Source of the DNA: Paraspadella gotoi
Lineage: Eukaryota > Animalia > Chaetognatha
DNA: 64,000 bases
Direction of reading: 5' to 3'
Assembly (NCBI GenBank): GCA_051294375.1
Contig: CM119270.1
Coordinates: 1,328,484 to 1,392,483 of the forward strand
Numbering within the stretch: the stretch's first letter is position 1; every line of letters starts with the position of its first letter. A program made the position numbers and the translations under genes. The notes below the pieces were generated by a model. That model saw nothing but the letters and a program-made list of their open reading frames with translations. It had not been told where the DNA came from and searched no databases. Of the stretch, positions 38,004 to 50,600 are shown in pieces.

Positions 38004-38504
38004 GGGCGTTGCTCGTGGACAAAAACGATGAATGAATCAACCGATTAAAATTTGAAAGAAAAAAAATTATTCTTAAAACGGGCTTGGTTTTTTTTTTATA
38101 TCTTGGTGTTTGTTTTGTTTTGTTGTTGTTGTTTGTTTTTTTTGAGAGAGAGGAGAGACAGGATCGAAAAAAATGATTTTCCGTTGGCGTAGATCGCGTG
38201 AAGAGGTTAAATTGTGATCGAACGCGGAACACGCGGGTGGCGTGGCACTGGCCACCTTCTCTACTTCCGTTCAGTAATTTTAAGAATTTTAAGAAGGAGT
38301 AATAATGATTGTGGGATAAAATTGGGCAGTGTCACCGTCACGCTCACTGCTCACTGATCGAATGCAAGCGAAGGAATGATATGAATCGATGTCAGGTTTT
38401 GAAATATGTTAAGAAAAGTTGATGGCACAATAATATATTTGAAAACAAAAAACAATTTTCGATGAATTTTTATAATTTTTCTATCAACATCAACATTCTC
38501 AAAC

Positions 38505-38674
38505 CTTAAAATTGTCATATATCGTGAATCCCCGCTCTCCCTTTTTGGGGTCATCCTCGCTGTCTTCATTTCCCCATTTGCCCACTTTCCACCACTTCAT
38601 CTTCATCACCAGGGACCAATCTCCTTCTCTTGTCAAACGATGTAGATTCTCCAGTCCAAGATAATTATTTTCCT
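38505..38674 (-). CDS. FReD protein, penultimate exon (170 nt, phase 1 -> 0)
   Basis: Acceptor aattttcAG and donor GTTTGA. It translates ENNYLGLENLHRLTREGDWSLVMKMKWWKVGKWGNEDSEDDPKKGERGFTIYDNFK, matching the FReD (W)LGLE-LH-LT and Y--F motifs, and joins in frame to MDDEDSNY. Confidence 0.9.
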
Positions 38675-38730
38675 CTGAAAATTAAACGTTTAATCAAAGA
38701 GAAAAATCATGACATCCCGGAAAATAGTAC

Positions 38731-38847
38731 CCTCGGCCAATCCGACCTTGTATTTGCTCCAGGGATTGTTCTCATTAAAAAGATATGATCCAAGCGTGTT
38801 GAAGGTGTGCCAGAAGAAGGTGACGAAATGATCAGTGATAGGATTAA
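38731..38847 (-). CDS. FReD protein, upstream exon (117 nt, phase 1 -> 1)
   Basis: Acceptor ttattatttcAG, donor GTACTA and a 56-bp intron to the next exon. It translates NPITDHFVTFFWHTFNTLGSYLFNENNPWSKYKVGLAE, resembling the GS--F---W--YK-GFG motif. More 5' exons are not identified. Confidence 0.8.
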
Positions 38848-38950
38848 CTGAAATAATAAAAAAATTAGATAAAGCAAATTTTAAAAATCATTTATGTTTT
38901 TTAAATATATTTTAAAGTAGGTAAATATTACGATTGAAGAGTCTGTAATA

Positions 38951-39216
38951 ATTGTTATGAGTTAGTGACAAGACCGTTCAATATAAGCAGGGTGTTAGAG
39001 GCGGGTAAAGCGCCTCGTCCCTCATAACAGGGCTAGAACCCCGGACCTTCGGGTTGGGAGGCCGCTGACGAACGATTGGTGGATTTTAGTTGGCAAAGCG
39101 AGACCGTCCTAGGGTAACCGCGCCAGTGACTGGAGGCGTCACTGAGGGTCGGAAGCCCCCAAAGCCAACAGTGAGATGCCCCATCCCATGGGCATCACGA
39201 GCAACCCGGCTGTTGC
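38951..39216 (-). mobile_element. Repeat family A copy with internal deletions plus a ~125-nt multi-hairpin extension
   Basis: gttagtgacaagaccgttcaatataagcagg...gggctagaaccccggacc..gggttgggagg...tggtggattttagt matches the reverse complement of 3141-3370. The extension is 39089-39216. Confidence 0.75.
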
Positions 39217-39474
39217 CGTACTAAACGATTTAAATAATAATTTTTTGCTCTTCACAGATAACAATTGAGAATGAGCAATTATTACACATTATCGAGGCGG
39301 ACGTATCCTCGTCTTTTTGATGCTTTCTTCTCTCGGGGCCAAACATTTTTTTTGCTGAAGAAACAAAATGGAAAAAAACTAAAAGATAATTTTTTTTTAT
39401 TATTCATATTGATTTCTTAAAAGTTTATAGGGTCAAAAAATTCGTTTCAAGGCAGAGAGATTCTATTCTTATTA

Positions 39475-39585
<111 letters not shown>

Positions 39586-42283
39586 TATCCACTGTACCTT
39601 CGAATGTAGCCATTGCGACCGAAAATCAATTGAATCAATTGAAAGAATTTTTCCATATTCTTTTCCCCCCAAAAAATGTCGCATATGAAATTAAAACCAA
39701 AGATAAAAAAAATATTAAAAACCCGATTGGGTATCGAGAAGAAGTTTGAGTGAAAACTACGATCGAAAATCCTATTTATTTACGATGATACAGTTGTTTT
39801 CATTAGCTTTGTGAAATGAACATACCTCATATAATTGATTAATCCATAGTATAGATAATCATATTATTAAAAATAATAATAACAAGTTTGAGCAAACAAT
39901 GTCGAATCTGCTTACGATAATTAAGCGGTAATCAGCTAATCAGATGACAAATCACGATAATTATTTCAATTTGTTATCTTCACTGATCCTAACGGATCGT
40001 ACCATACAAAATCCAGTGGCTGCGCCAATACATGTAAATTCGCTTGCAAGGGATTAAACTGAACTGAACTGAACTGAACCGAACTGATAAGCAGATCCGA
40101 CTAAAAGATCCGACTGAAAGATTTGTACATATTACAAATTACATAATGTGGTAAAAGACACTGCTCGCTAAATCGTGGAAAAATATTAACGAACTGTTTA
40201 CGAATGGCGTCTAAATGAAGTCAAAATGAAGAGAAAAAGCAAGATGAACCAAAATGAAGCAAAAATGAACCGAAATCTAAAATATGAGCATATGGCTAAG
40301 TTATATTTGGCGGTGGGTCCTTCCTTCCGTCGGTTAGGGTCTTCCTGGTCAAAAAAAAAGAAGAAAAAATATGGAAAATAAGGAGAAAAAAATGACGGAA
40401 AATTAATGAATGAAAAAAAAAGTTGATTCGGGTTTTTTGAGGCGGAAATCCGTTTTGTTTGTTTTCTTTTTTTGTTTTGTTTGAGGAGGAAGGAGATGAT
40501 TTTGTGGGGAGGGAGGGAGAGGGAGAGAGGAGGAGAGGGAGGGAGGGGAAAGAGAGAGGGAAGAGGGAGAGAGGAGGGAAAGAGGGGAGGGAGAGAGAGG
40601 GAGAGAGGAGGAAGGGGAGAGGAGGGAGGGAGGGAAAGAAAGAGGGAGTGGAGAGGGAAGGGAGGGAGGGAGATAGGGGAGAGAGGGAGGGAGGCAAGTG
40701 GGGCAGGGAAAAGAGGAAAGGAGATTAGGGTTAAGTTAAGCGATGGTGGTTACTTGAATGAAACGTAAAAACCCTAAAACGGAACACATATAGATTTTTT
40801 TTCGGTGCCAAGTTTTGTTTGCGATCACGGATAATTGAGCCTCGAATTTTTTTTTCTGTTTGAATTTTCTGAGTTCTATTTTTCTACCCTGTGACCAATT
40901 CGAGCGATTGGGCTTTTTTTGGTTAATGATTAAATATTTTTATTTGGCAAACCAGACGATAATTATCGTTACATTAGCGATTCTAATCTTTGCGGAAAGA
41001 GAGAATCTTGAAATAATTGCAAACGAACTTTATCATTTTGTTTGGAATGATTCTTGATTTTTTCCGAAGTCAGAAATTACATTCACGGTTTCCAGGAAGG
41101 AAAATTACGTCAGCTTGCTAAAAGGTGCTTGTGAATCCTAATTCTGCTTCTGCTTGGCAAGCTTGAAACACTTCAAAAGCTTTGACTGGTTGCGGGATCC
41201 TAGTTTCGATACAAAGTACAAATACTATGGTTTCTTTAAAAAAATAACTTATAAAATGAAACTTTAATAAAATACCAAGTGACAAATATGATTTTGAATT
41301 CACATGCTACTTAACGTAATCATAATAAGATTCACTCACTTCGTCATGACTTATTTTTTCGAAATTAAAATTGAGCAACGAAGCTTTTTGTCGATAATCT
41401 GGGTCCAACCCTCCGACCTCCCGCTTTTCCCCGTTGCCGCAAAGGGGTCGGACCAACGGCTGACCAACTCTGACCAACCGCTGCCTCTTGCTTAAGCGTC
41501 GGTCCATATGACCGACATTACCGCCAAACCTTTGACCGACAAATTCCCAATATTCGTCAAGTCACAAACGTCGTAACGATCACGTGATCTCGTGAGAATT
41601 TGTGATTTCATTAGAAGTTCGACTGATTAAAAAGTAGGTGAACCTTTTTTTTCTGTGATTAAAATCACGTGACTGTGCAAGAATCAATAGTTTATCGAGT
41701 CACAAAAAAGATGGTTTTTTTTATGTGAGGGGATTGAAAATCGGTTTTTGGATTTAAAATCAGTTTTAATTTTTTTTCCCCAACTGATTTTTTTTTCCTT
41801 TTCAACTTTTTACTACAACTCATAATTTTTTCTAAATCTTCTCTGCTCTCTTCTTCTCTCTTCTTCTCTCTCTTTCTACCTCTATTCATAACAAATTTTC
41901 TTTTTAATCCTATCATTTTCTTTTCTTTCTTTCTTTTTTCCACTTTTCTCTTGCTCCTTCCCATCTTTTTTGTCTCTCTTCATCGTATTATTTCTTTCTT
42001 TCTCTCTCTCATTTTTCTATTTTTTAGTACCTCATATTTTTTTATACCTTTCTCTCTCTCTCTCTCTCTCTCTCTTTTTATTTCTCTTCCTTCTTCATCC
42101 TCCTTTTCCTTTATCCTACCCTTGCTTCCTCTCTATCCTGCCTCCTCCTCTCCTCCTCCTCCTCTCCTCCTCTTAAAAAACCGTTGCTCATCGGAGCAAA
42201 GAGGCCTCGAGGCATCCTACCATGACAACGACGATCAACGACGAACGACGACGACGTTAATTGAGGTTCCATCCCCGCGGCTG

Positions 42284-42370
<87 letters not shown>

Positions 42371-43328
42371 TCTTTGTAACCCCCGGCCTGGAACCCGCTA
42401 TTCAAAACGTATTGAATCGTTGTTAGCGGCTGCGATGACGACGGTGGCGGCCAGCGGGTGTGGGAGGCGAGCAGGGGAGTGAGGGGTGGAGGGGGTAGGA
42501 GGAAGGAACGCTTGCGGCTGTCGAGGGCAACCAGCGGCGAAGCAGAAGGCGATCGCCGTGGGCACTTAACTTCGTCGTGGGTCATTTGTCCGCGTCGTTT
42601 CTTGTCACTACGATAGGAAAAGGAGAGATTGTTAAGAATAGCGAAAGGATATTAAATAAAAATTAAAACAAAAATTTAAGTTATTAAATTTAAATTCAAA
42701 ACAAAAATCGATGATTTTTTAAAAATTTAATTAATTTTTTAAAAGCTTTATAAAATTGAGGTCAACAAATAAAAAATCCTAAATGCATTTAATAAAGTAA
42801 GCCATCTTACGCTAGAATTCAAACAAGCTATCTTCTTAAAATTTTTTATAAACTTTTTATTAAAAATATTAATTATACTATTATTTATATTTTTTTCTTA
42901 TCTCATAATAAAATTGTATTTATAATATTAATCTTAACTCTCTCCTCTATTCCCTTTTCGTAGTGACGACCTCCGTCAATCGAAATCATCATCAAAAACT
43001 TTTCGCGGAATTTTTTTTTTTGACGAACGCGATTTCGTAGAAAACCGACAAAAAGCCGCCAAAAAGCCGACCGACGGCGAAAGAAGCGGTTCCGGAATCA
43101 TTCGCCCAGTCGCCGCCTCGGCCGCGCACGCGCCGCGGCGCCGCGTTTGCCCGGCCGCCCGCCGCGGCCGCCTCTGGCGCCGCCGACGCGTCTCGCCCCT
43201 CGCAACGGCCTTGACGAATTTTTCGCCGGTGTACGACCACTCAATTCAACGACGTACGACGACGACGAACGGACGACGGACAACCGTTCATGAACTCTCT
43301 TTCTCTCCCTCATCCCCCTCTCTCTCGT

Positions 43329-43375
<47 letters not shown>

Positions 43376-44505
43376 GCCTCTCTCTTCTCTCTCTCTCTCT
43401 CTCCTCTCTCTCGATCTTTCACTTCATTTTAAACTCATTTTTTTCTTCTCTCTGATCCTCCATTATTATTCGCGGTGACCGTCAAGGCGGTGGGGGGGAA
43501 CTGTTCTATTCACGGAAGATTCTAGGGGGAAAGAGAGAGAGAGAGAGAGAGATGAGAGACAGACGCATAGGAGAACGAAGAGAGAGAGAGAGAGAGAGGC
43601 TTTTAGTCGCTGGGCTTTTAGCCCTCCGACGCATTGACCTCGAGAGGGTGAGAGAGCGAGACAGAGAGAGAGCGAGATAGAGAGGGAGACGAAATGCGAT
43701 AATAGACGAAAAGTGGGGGAGGGGGCGTAAGGAAGGGGTGCGCTTAAGTGGGACCGACGTCTCTATAATGAGAGGGAGACGGAGAGGCGAGAGGGAGAGC
43801 GAGTCGAAACGCGGGGCGAATCTCGAAGACCCATGGCATGGCATGACATGGACCAATAGGCATGATTAGGGGCGGGGAGAAGACGAAAATGGTTGGGATA
43901 AAGGATTGTTTGTTGTTAGATTCAATCATATATAATTAAAACATTCTTTTAAATGTTATACCACTTGGGAGTGAATAAACGAGACTGTGACAGAGTCTTG
44001 ATTGAAAGTTTGCTATGTCGTTATCTTGTAAGAGGAATAGAGGCCTGCGCAAGTTCAGGGGCAAATTAGCTAATTTATTGAATGGATAATTTTCTTATTA
44101 GTTTTATTCAAAAATACAAATAAAAGTAAAATTACGATGTTTTATGTTTTAAGTGACCACTATCCACTGACTACTGACCAATATAAAACAGACCCCTAAA
44201 CTTAATATCGCGCGAGATTATTGTTGTGTTACATTTTCGCTGTAAACTCGTTTGAGTGGAGTTTGTCGTCGTCGTCGTCGTCGTCATCCTCATCAACCAT
44301 CCAGTCATCAAATTTGTTGTTTTTTTCTTCTGTTTTCTTGTTTCCTCAATTTGTTTCTAATCGAGACGAACAATAAAGAAGCTGCTAACGGAATTCTCGA
44401 GCGGCGTTGCCAGAGACGCGAAGTCGGCGTCATGGTAACGAAGCGGCGTCGTACGATCAAACTGTGCATCAAAGCTAGGGACGACGACGAAGAAGAAGAA
44501 GAAGA

Positions 44506-44549
<44 letters not shown>

Positions 44550-44899
44550 TTGCTAAGCGAAATCGATTCATCATCTTCATTATTTTTTTCTTTGGATCCA
44601 CAATTTTTTTTTCTGACCAGAAACGCTGACGTCACCTGAACGTCTCCTTTTCTTTTGAAGCGACGAAAACGACTGACGAACGACGAACGACGACGAAGCG
44701 ACGACGACGACACAAAACTGACGAAACGACGAGAACGACGACGGGACGACGACGACGACGACGAAACGACGACGGCCAAACGGTCGAATACATAACGAAA
44801 GACGACAGACAGGATTGTTGATTTCCAACTGAAGCGAGGTGCCTCCTTGACTGTGGCAAGAACGACGACGACCGACGATGACGACGACGAACGACGAAC

Positions 44900-45470
44900 A
44901 AGCGTGGACAGACGACGACGACAAGGCCTCACCCATGTTTCTTTACTCCCAGATTTATAAAACCAATTTGTTTACAAGTGTGGAATCTCGAGTCAAGATT
45001 TGTTTACGACGACGGAAACTTGAAGGGAAAAAAAAAACCAAAAAAACGTGACTCCCTTTTGATTCCGTACAAGATGGACATCTTTTCTTTTTCCATTTTT
45101 GGGTTCGCGAGTTGTTTTGTCTTTTTGTCGTCATGGTAACTGGAAATGAAAACTAGAAGGGTGACATTGGGGGGTGGGGNNNNNNNNNNNNNNNNNNNNN
45201 NNNNCGACGACGACGACGACGACAAGGCCCCCCCATTTTCTTTCTCCCATTTATAAACAATTTGTTTACAAGTTGGAATCTCGAGTCACGATTTGTTTAC
45301 GACGGACGGAAACTTGAATGAAAAAAAACAAAAAAAAACTGATTCCTTTTGGATTCGCGTAAAAGTGGAATCTTGTTCTTTTTCTTTTATTTTGGGTCGC
45401 GAGTTGTTGTTTTTTTTGGTCGTCATGGTAACTGGAAAAATTGAATAGAAAGGGTGACATTTGGGGGGTG
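44900..45470 (+). repeat. Direct duplication flanking a 25-N gap (~44900-45179 and 45205-45470)
   Basis: Both read gacgacaaggcc...tggaatctcgagtca.gatttgtttacgacg...gtcatggtaactggaaa...gggtgacatt.gggggtgggg. Confidence 0.9.
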
Positions 45471-45563
45471 GGGAGAATTGGGTAATGGGGGGGGGGCGGA
45501 GGAAGATAATAAGGGTCATCTGGTCAGTTGGGAAATTGTGATTTGTTGAGGGAGGTTGAGATG

Positions 45564-45695
45564 GTCGCTGGTCAGTCAGTCGCTGGTCAGTCAGTCGCTG
45601 GTCAGTCAGACGCTGGTTAGTCAGTCGCTGGTCAGTCAGTCGCTGGTCAGTCAGTCGTTGGTCAGTCAGTCGCTGGTCAGTAGTCACTGGTCAGT
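45564..45695. repeat. 15-bp tandem repeat (GTCGCTGGTCAGTCA), ~8 copies
   Basis: Direct reading; it gives the LTDQR repeats in ORF 45286..45687. Confidence 0.95.
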
Positions 45696-46539
45696 GAGGT
45701 GAATGGAGACTGTGACGTCGTGAGAAGTTGAAAGGTGGAATAGTTTTTTTGTTTGATTAGGTTATAAATTGAAGGGCCGGGTTAGTGATTTGGGAAGGAG
45801 GCAGTTGAATGGAATGTCGAATTACAATATTGTATTGTAGTTATTGTCTACTTTTCGCTACTTTTGTTTTTGGCTTTGCGATTTGCGAATTCGATTTTTG
45901 TTGCAGCATAGTAGTCGTAGTATAGTAGTATAGAATTAGTAATTAATTAGAAAAAATGACTGATAAAGAACATATTTTAAATGAATATCAAAGTGAATTC
46001 GAATGTCCTTTTATACAATTAAAACATTCTTTGAAACATTATACCACTTCATTGATAGGAAAGCCAGGTACTCTTGGAGTGAATAAACGAGACTGTGAGA
46101 GAGTCTTGATTGTAAGAGTGATGGAGACTTAAACAACCAAATTCAGAAAACAAGAAAACATATTTATCAAATAAATGAATAATGTTTAAAAGGGTTGCAC
46201 CAATTTCATATCAAGACAGATTAAAAATATGAAAAATAACGATTAATTGATTGATTCATTCATTCATTTTTAAAGAAAATAAAAATTAAAATAAAAAGAA
46301 AATAAAAAAAAGAAAATTAGAAGAAAATTAAAAGAAAATGTCTTTGAGGTTGTCATCGCCACCGCTGCTGCGGCTGCGGCTGCGGCTGCCGTCGGTGCCG
46401 CTGCCGCCATTTGAATAAAATATTGTTACTTCCCAGAAGAAGATTTCCCATGATTCTTCTTATGAAAAGAAGAGTTTGAATAATTGATATGCAAATGAGA
46501 ATAAGATGCGACGAAGAGGATGAAGGAAAAATCCTGGGG

Positions 46540-46631
<92 letters not shown>

Positions 46632-46852
46632 TGATAGAAGAGAAGAGAGAGAGAAAGAAAGAAGGGCAAAGAGAAGGGAGAGAAAGTGAGAGATAGAGTG
46701 AAAATGATACAGTCATAAACAATATAACAAAATATAAGTATAATACATATGTTATTAATTATGATAACCGCCTTTTCTTTTGATGAAGCATCCCTGTTAT
46801 AAAGTAAAAAAAAAAGAAAGAAAGATAGAAAGGAAAAAAATAGAAAAATGGA

Positions 46853-46892
<40 letters not shown>

Positions 46893-46960
46893 AAAGAAAA
46901 GAAAAAAAGGAAGATGGAATAAATCAAATTGCGGGGCGTCAGAGAGCAGACGAAGCAAGA

Positions 46961-47015
<55 letters not shown>

Positions 47016-47117
47016 CGAGATAATTCGATTATGATATCAGTTCCTTCGAAGCGAAAAACTCTGAAGGAGAAAATTCAACGTCAAATGTCAACGAGAAGTC
47101 GTTGAAAATATGACACG

Positions 47118-47258
47118 AAATGTCACAATATTGACGCAAAATGTCACAATATAGACTAAAATTGTCACAATATGGACGCAAAATGTCACAATATAGACTA
47201 AAAATGTCCCAATATTGACGCAAAAAGTCTCAATATTGACCGAGAATGTCACGATATA
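47118..47258. repeat. 21-bp tandem repeat (AAATGTCACAATATTGACGCA-like), ~7 copies
   Basis: aaatgtcacaata at 47118 and 47139, continuing with substitutions. Confidence 0.9.
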
Positions 47259-47653
47259 TATAAAGATATTAACTGGCAATGGGAAAATATTTCCACGAAA
47301 TTGTAAAACTATCGTCATAAAAATTGACGAAAATAAAACAAAAAACTAACAAAATCCGCGAACATTAATTTCTTTTCAATGTCGACGTTCGTCATAGAGA
47401 TTCTCTGTCGCAAAGATTAGTTAAATCGTTTAAGCATCAACGTTTATACGAAATTTGTACAAACAAAATAAAATCATTTAATAAATAAGCTATCTTGCTT
47501 TGGACAGGCTTTGGTGGTTTAAGGCCTCCATCACTCTTACAAGATAATGACATAGAAAAGAATAACATCTCATATTCACTTTCATCATTCACTTCTTCAC
47601 TTTTCTCTCCCTTTCACAACCCTACCCCACTCTCTCTCCTCTCTCTCTCTCCT

Positions 47654-47687
<34 letters not shown>

Positions 47688-50600
47688 TCTCTTCTCTCAT
47701 GTCTCTCTCTATTCACTCTCCTCACTTTCTCTCTCAACTTTCTCTTCTCTCACTCTCCTCTCTCTCTCTCTCCTCTATAACGCTCTCTCCTCGTTCTACT
47801 CTCCTCTCATCTATCTCTCTCGGGTCTCGCTCGCTCCTCTTGTCTCTCTGCTCTCTCTCCATCTCGCATTCTTCTCTCATCCTCTCTCCCTCCTCCCCAA
47901 TCTCCCCCACCCCCCAAACCAAACCCTGCATTTGCCATTTCACAGTCAATTCTCTCAAACTTTTTTATTTGTTCTGTGTGAGCAATGCTGCGGGTTTAAC
48001 AGCATCTGAGTGACGCAGTTCCGCCCCGGCGCGCCGGCCGGCCGCCGGCCCGCCGCCGCCGACGCGCCGCCGACCGCCGCCCGCCGCCGCCGCCGCCGCC
48101 GCCAACCGCATGGCCGTCCCGCGACAGAAAAAAATTTCCGATATCGTGATTCACATTATCTTCCTATTTTGGTCGGGCCGTGGGCGCTTCGTGTCGTGTC
48201 GTTCGTCGTCCTCGTCGTTGTTATCGTCTTCACTCGTTCGGTCATCGAGCAAATCGTTATCGATCGTCATCGATTTGACGCGTCGTCGTCATTATTCGAT
48301 ACATGTCATCTTTCTCGTGCAGCACTGCATTGTCGTCGTCGTCGTCATCATCGTTGTGTCGTCATCATCACTCTTCGTTGGTCGCATGTTCGTCGTCGTC
48401 ATCATCTTCGTCATCGTCAGTCATCCTGGCTGCAAAATGCAGGCGCGGCGATGTCACTTGTGAGCTAGATGAAGAATGAGTGCCGTTGTAATCTGCGTCA
48501 AACTATCCGCTGTAACTGCGAGGATATTGTAAGCGAAAACGCCGGTGGAGGAGCACAGGGTTCGGCTACATCGGCTAGATCTCTGTTTATAATAAAGACG
48601 AAGGGGGTCTATAAAGAGAACTTGTCTCTAGATGCGATGTGCTACAATGTCGCCGCGTACCGGTATGGACTCTGATCTGTAATTGCGACATCTCAGGTCT
48701 TATTGCGTTGACGGTCTCGTACTAGCGAAATGCAGAACTCTGAATTATGCGCGAGCGCTGGAGAGAGAGAGAAGCACTTCGACGTCCGAATACGCACATC
48801 GCGACAGCGCTCACGACGGCTGACCGTATCATTCACCTGAGACAGAACAGAGTAGTGAAATATGCATCTTCAACCAGAAGAAAAGACTGTATCGGAAAAA
48901 TAACTCTAGATATGATTCTATACGTCCCGAAATTAGTCCGAGTTGATCGAGCGTGCTGCACAGACGCTCGACAGAGAGTTGGCTTATCCAGCGGAGAGAA
49001 TTATCACTAGAAGAGTCGCTTGGTCAATTAGCAATCTGTCGATGTTATCTTGTGTCTAGTCCTGTCCGAAGTTTCCCTTGGTGATCTCTATTCTGTTCTC
49101 TCGTTGGTAAATCGATAGTCAGTAATGAATGTCTTATAATACTACGGTCTGGGTACGCGGTATTGCATCCTTGAGTTATCGAGAGAGGCTGAAGCACATT
49201 CTGATCGTTCAGACACTCCATCGACAATTGGAGCGAAAAAAATAAATTAGTCTTCATGTATAACGCGATTTCACCATTTCAGCTTTGTTCACGCTCATGA
49301 GCAATCCAAATGTATTAATACTATTCGAACACGATTAGAATCCGCGCCTTGTCTATAGTCTCTCATCGGACTACGTTCTTCTAACACATCTCTTCCCGCC
49401 GTTCGTTATATTGTATATTAGGGACGCTCGTAAGTTTCTGGAACAATTCTGTCCGGACAAAGATTTTATCGGAAGGAAAGGACTTGTGGCGCAATCGAGA
49501 GATCGAACTCTGATCCATTTAGCTTCATGCCAGCGAATGAAGCGAGGGAAGAGGCGAAATACAGGGAGGAGGGCAATTGAGCAGAAGTACGAGAGGAAGA
49601 ACCGAAATGACCGAGAGAGTATGGCTCACTGCAGGAGAAAGTAATAATTCGAGATATTATATGGCTGAGTTAGGTTATATATAAACACGAGGAAGCAGCG
49701 ATATGGCGCGAAAGAAAATGGCTTTGAAAACGACGAGAAAACAACAGGATCGTTGTCAACATTTTGAGCTTCTATTTGACTTTCTCTTCCTTGACTTGAT
49801 TATACGAAGTAAGCAGAGAACATTCTCCCATGTCAGTTCTCATTCACTCTGGCTTATATTGCTAACTGAGATACAAGTACAAAGCGGAGGTGAATGCCTT
49901 TGCCGTGGAGACGCAAGGATGCTGTTCACTCCTATTCTTTGGCCCAACGTCTCACCCCGTCCTCTCGTCCAATGCCTGTTCGCGACGGTCGCATTCTACT
50001 GTCTTCGCCTATTCGGCAGGGAATTCCCTACGGCCTTTTAACAAAAATCCACTCATGCGCACACTTCCTGTGCTTCAAGTTTGCTAACGTCGCCGCCAGA
50101 TTGGTTGTAACCTTTCCCTCGTTCTTTTCGCTTTTCATGTTTGTTTGAAGTCTCAAATTTCTTCTTCTCTTACTCCTTTTTTTCATCATTTTTTTCTAAG
50201 TTATTATTAATTTTTTATCCTCTCGCCGCAGACTGGGCTTGTGAGGCGTTAGATAACCGCCAGTGTGTTATAGTTATTCTCGCCACTCTTGAGATGCCAC
50301 TGTTGAAAATGTTTTTGTCGGCACATCGCTTTTTATTTATCGCTCTTGGAGTCGCTTTTGTGCGGTCGATAAGATGGACGTCGTCACGATACTGCGTTAG
50401 TTGTACGAGCGATTACACAATATATAGAGGATATCGACATGTATTTATAGATTAGAAAGTATTAGGTGTATGAAGCATGAGAGGAAAGTTATGAAATATG
50501 AATAGTCAGCTTCTCATCAGTCATTGTGGCTATGGAAAATTGAAGTCTGGACAGTTGATTAAAGTGGATGTATAAGGTTGTTTACGTTATTTGTCAAAGA

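Larger units (their letters stand above)
36590..38480. repeat. Fold-back inverted repeat (arms ~36590-37460 and ~37620-38480) containing the last FReD exon and its antisense copy
   Basis: For example aaggtggccagtggccacgccacccgcgtgttcc (36821) versus ggaacacgcgggtggcgtggcactggccacctt (38226). A 25-N gap lies near the centre. Confidence 0.9.

Noticed and set aside
45286-45687. LTDQR-repeat protein
   Set aside because: It is the translation of a 15-bp DNA tandem repeat running into a gap-flank duplication, with no splice or domain support.
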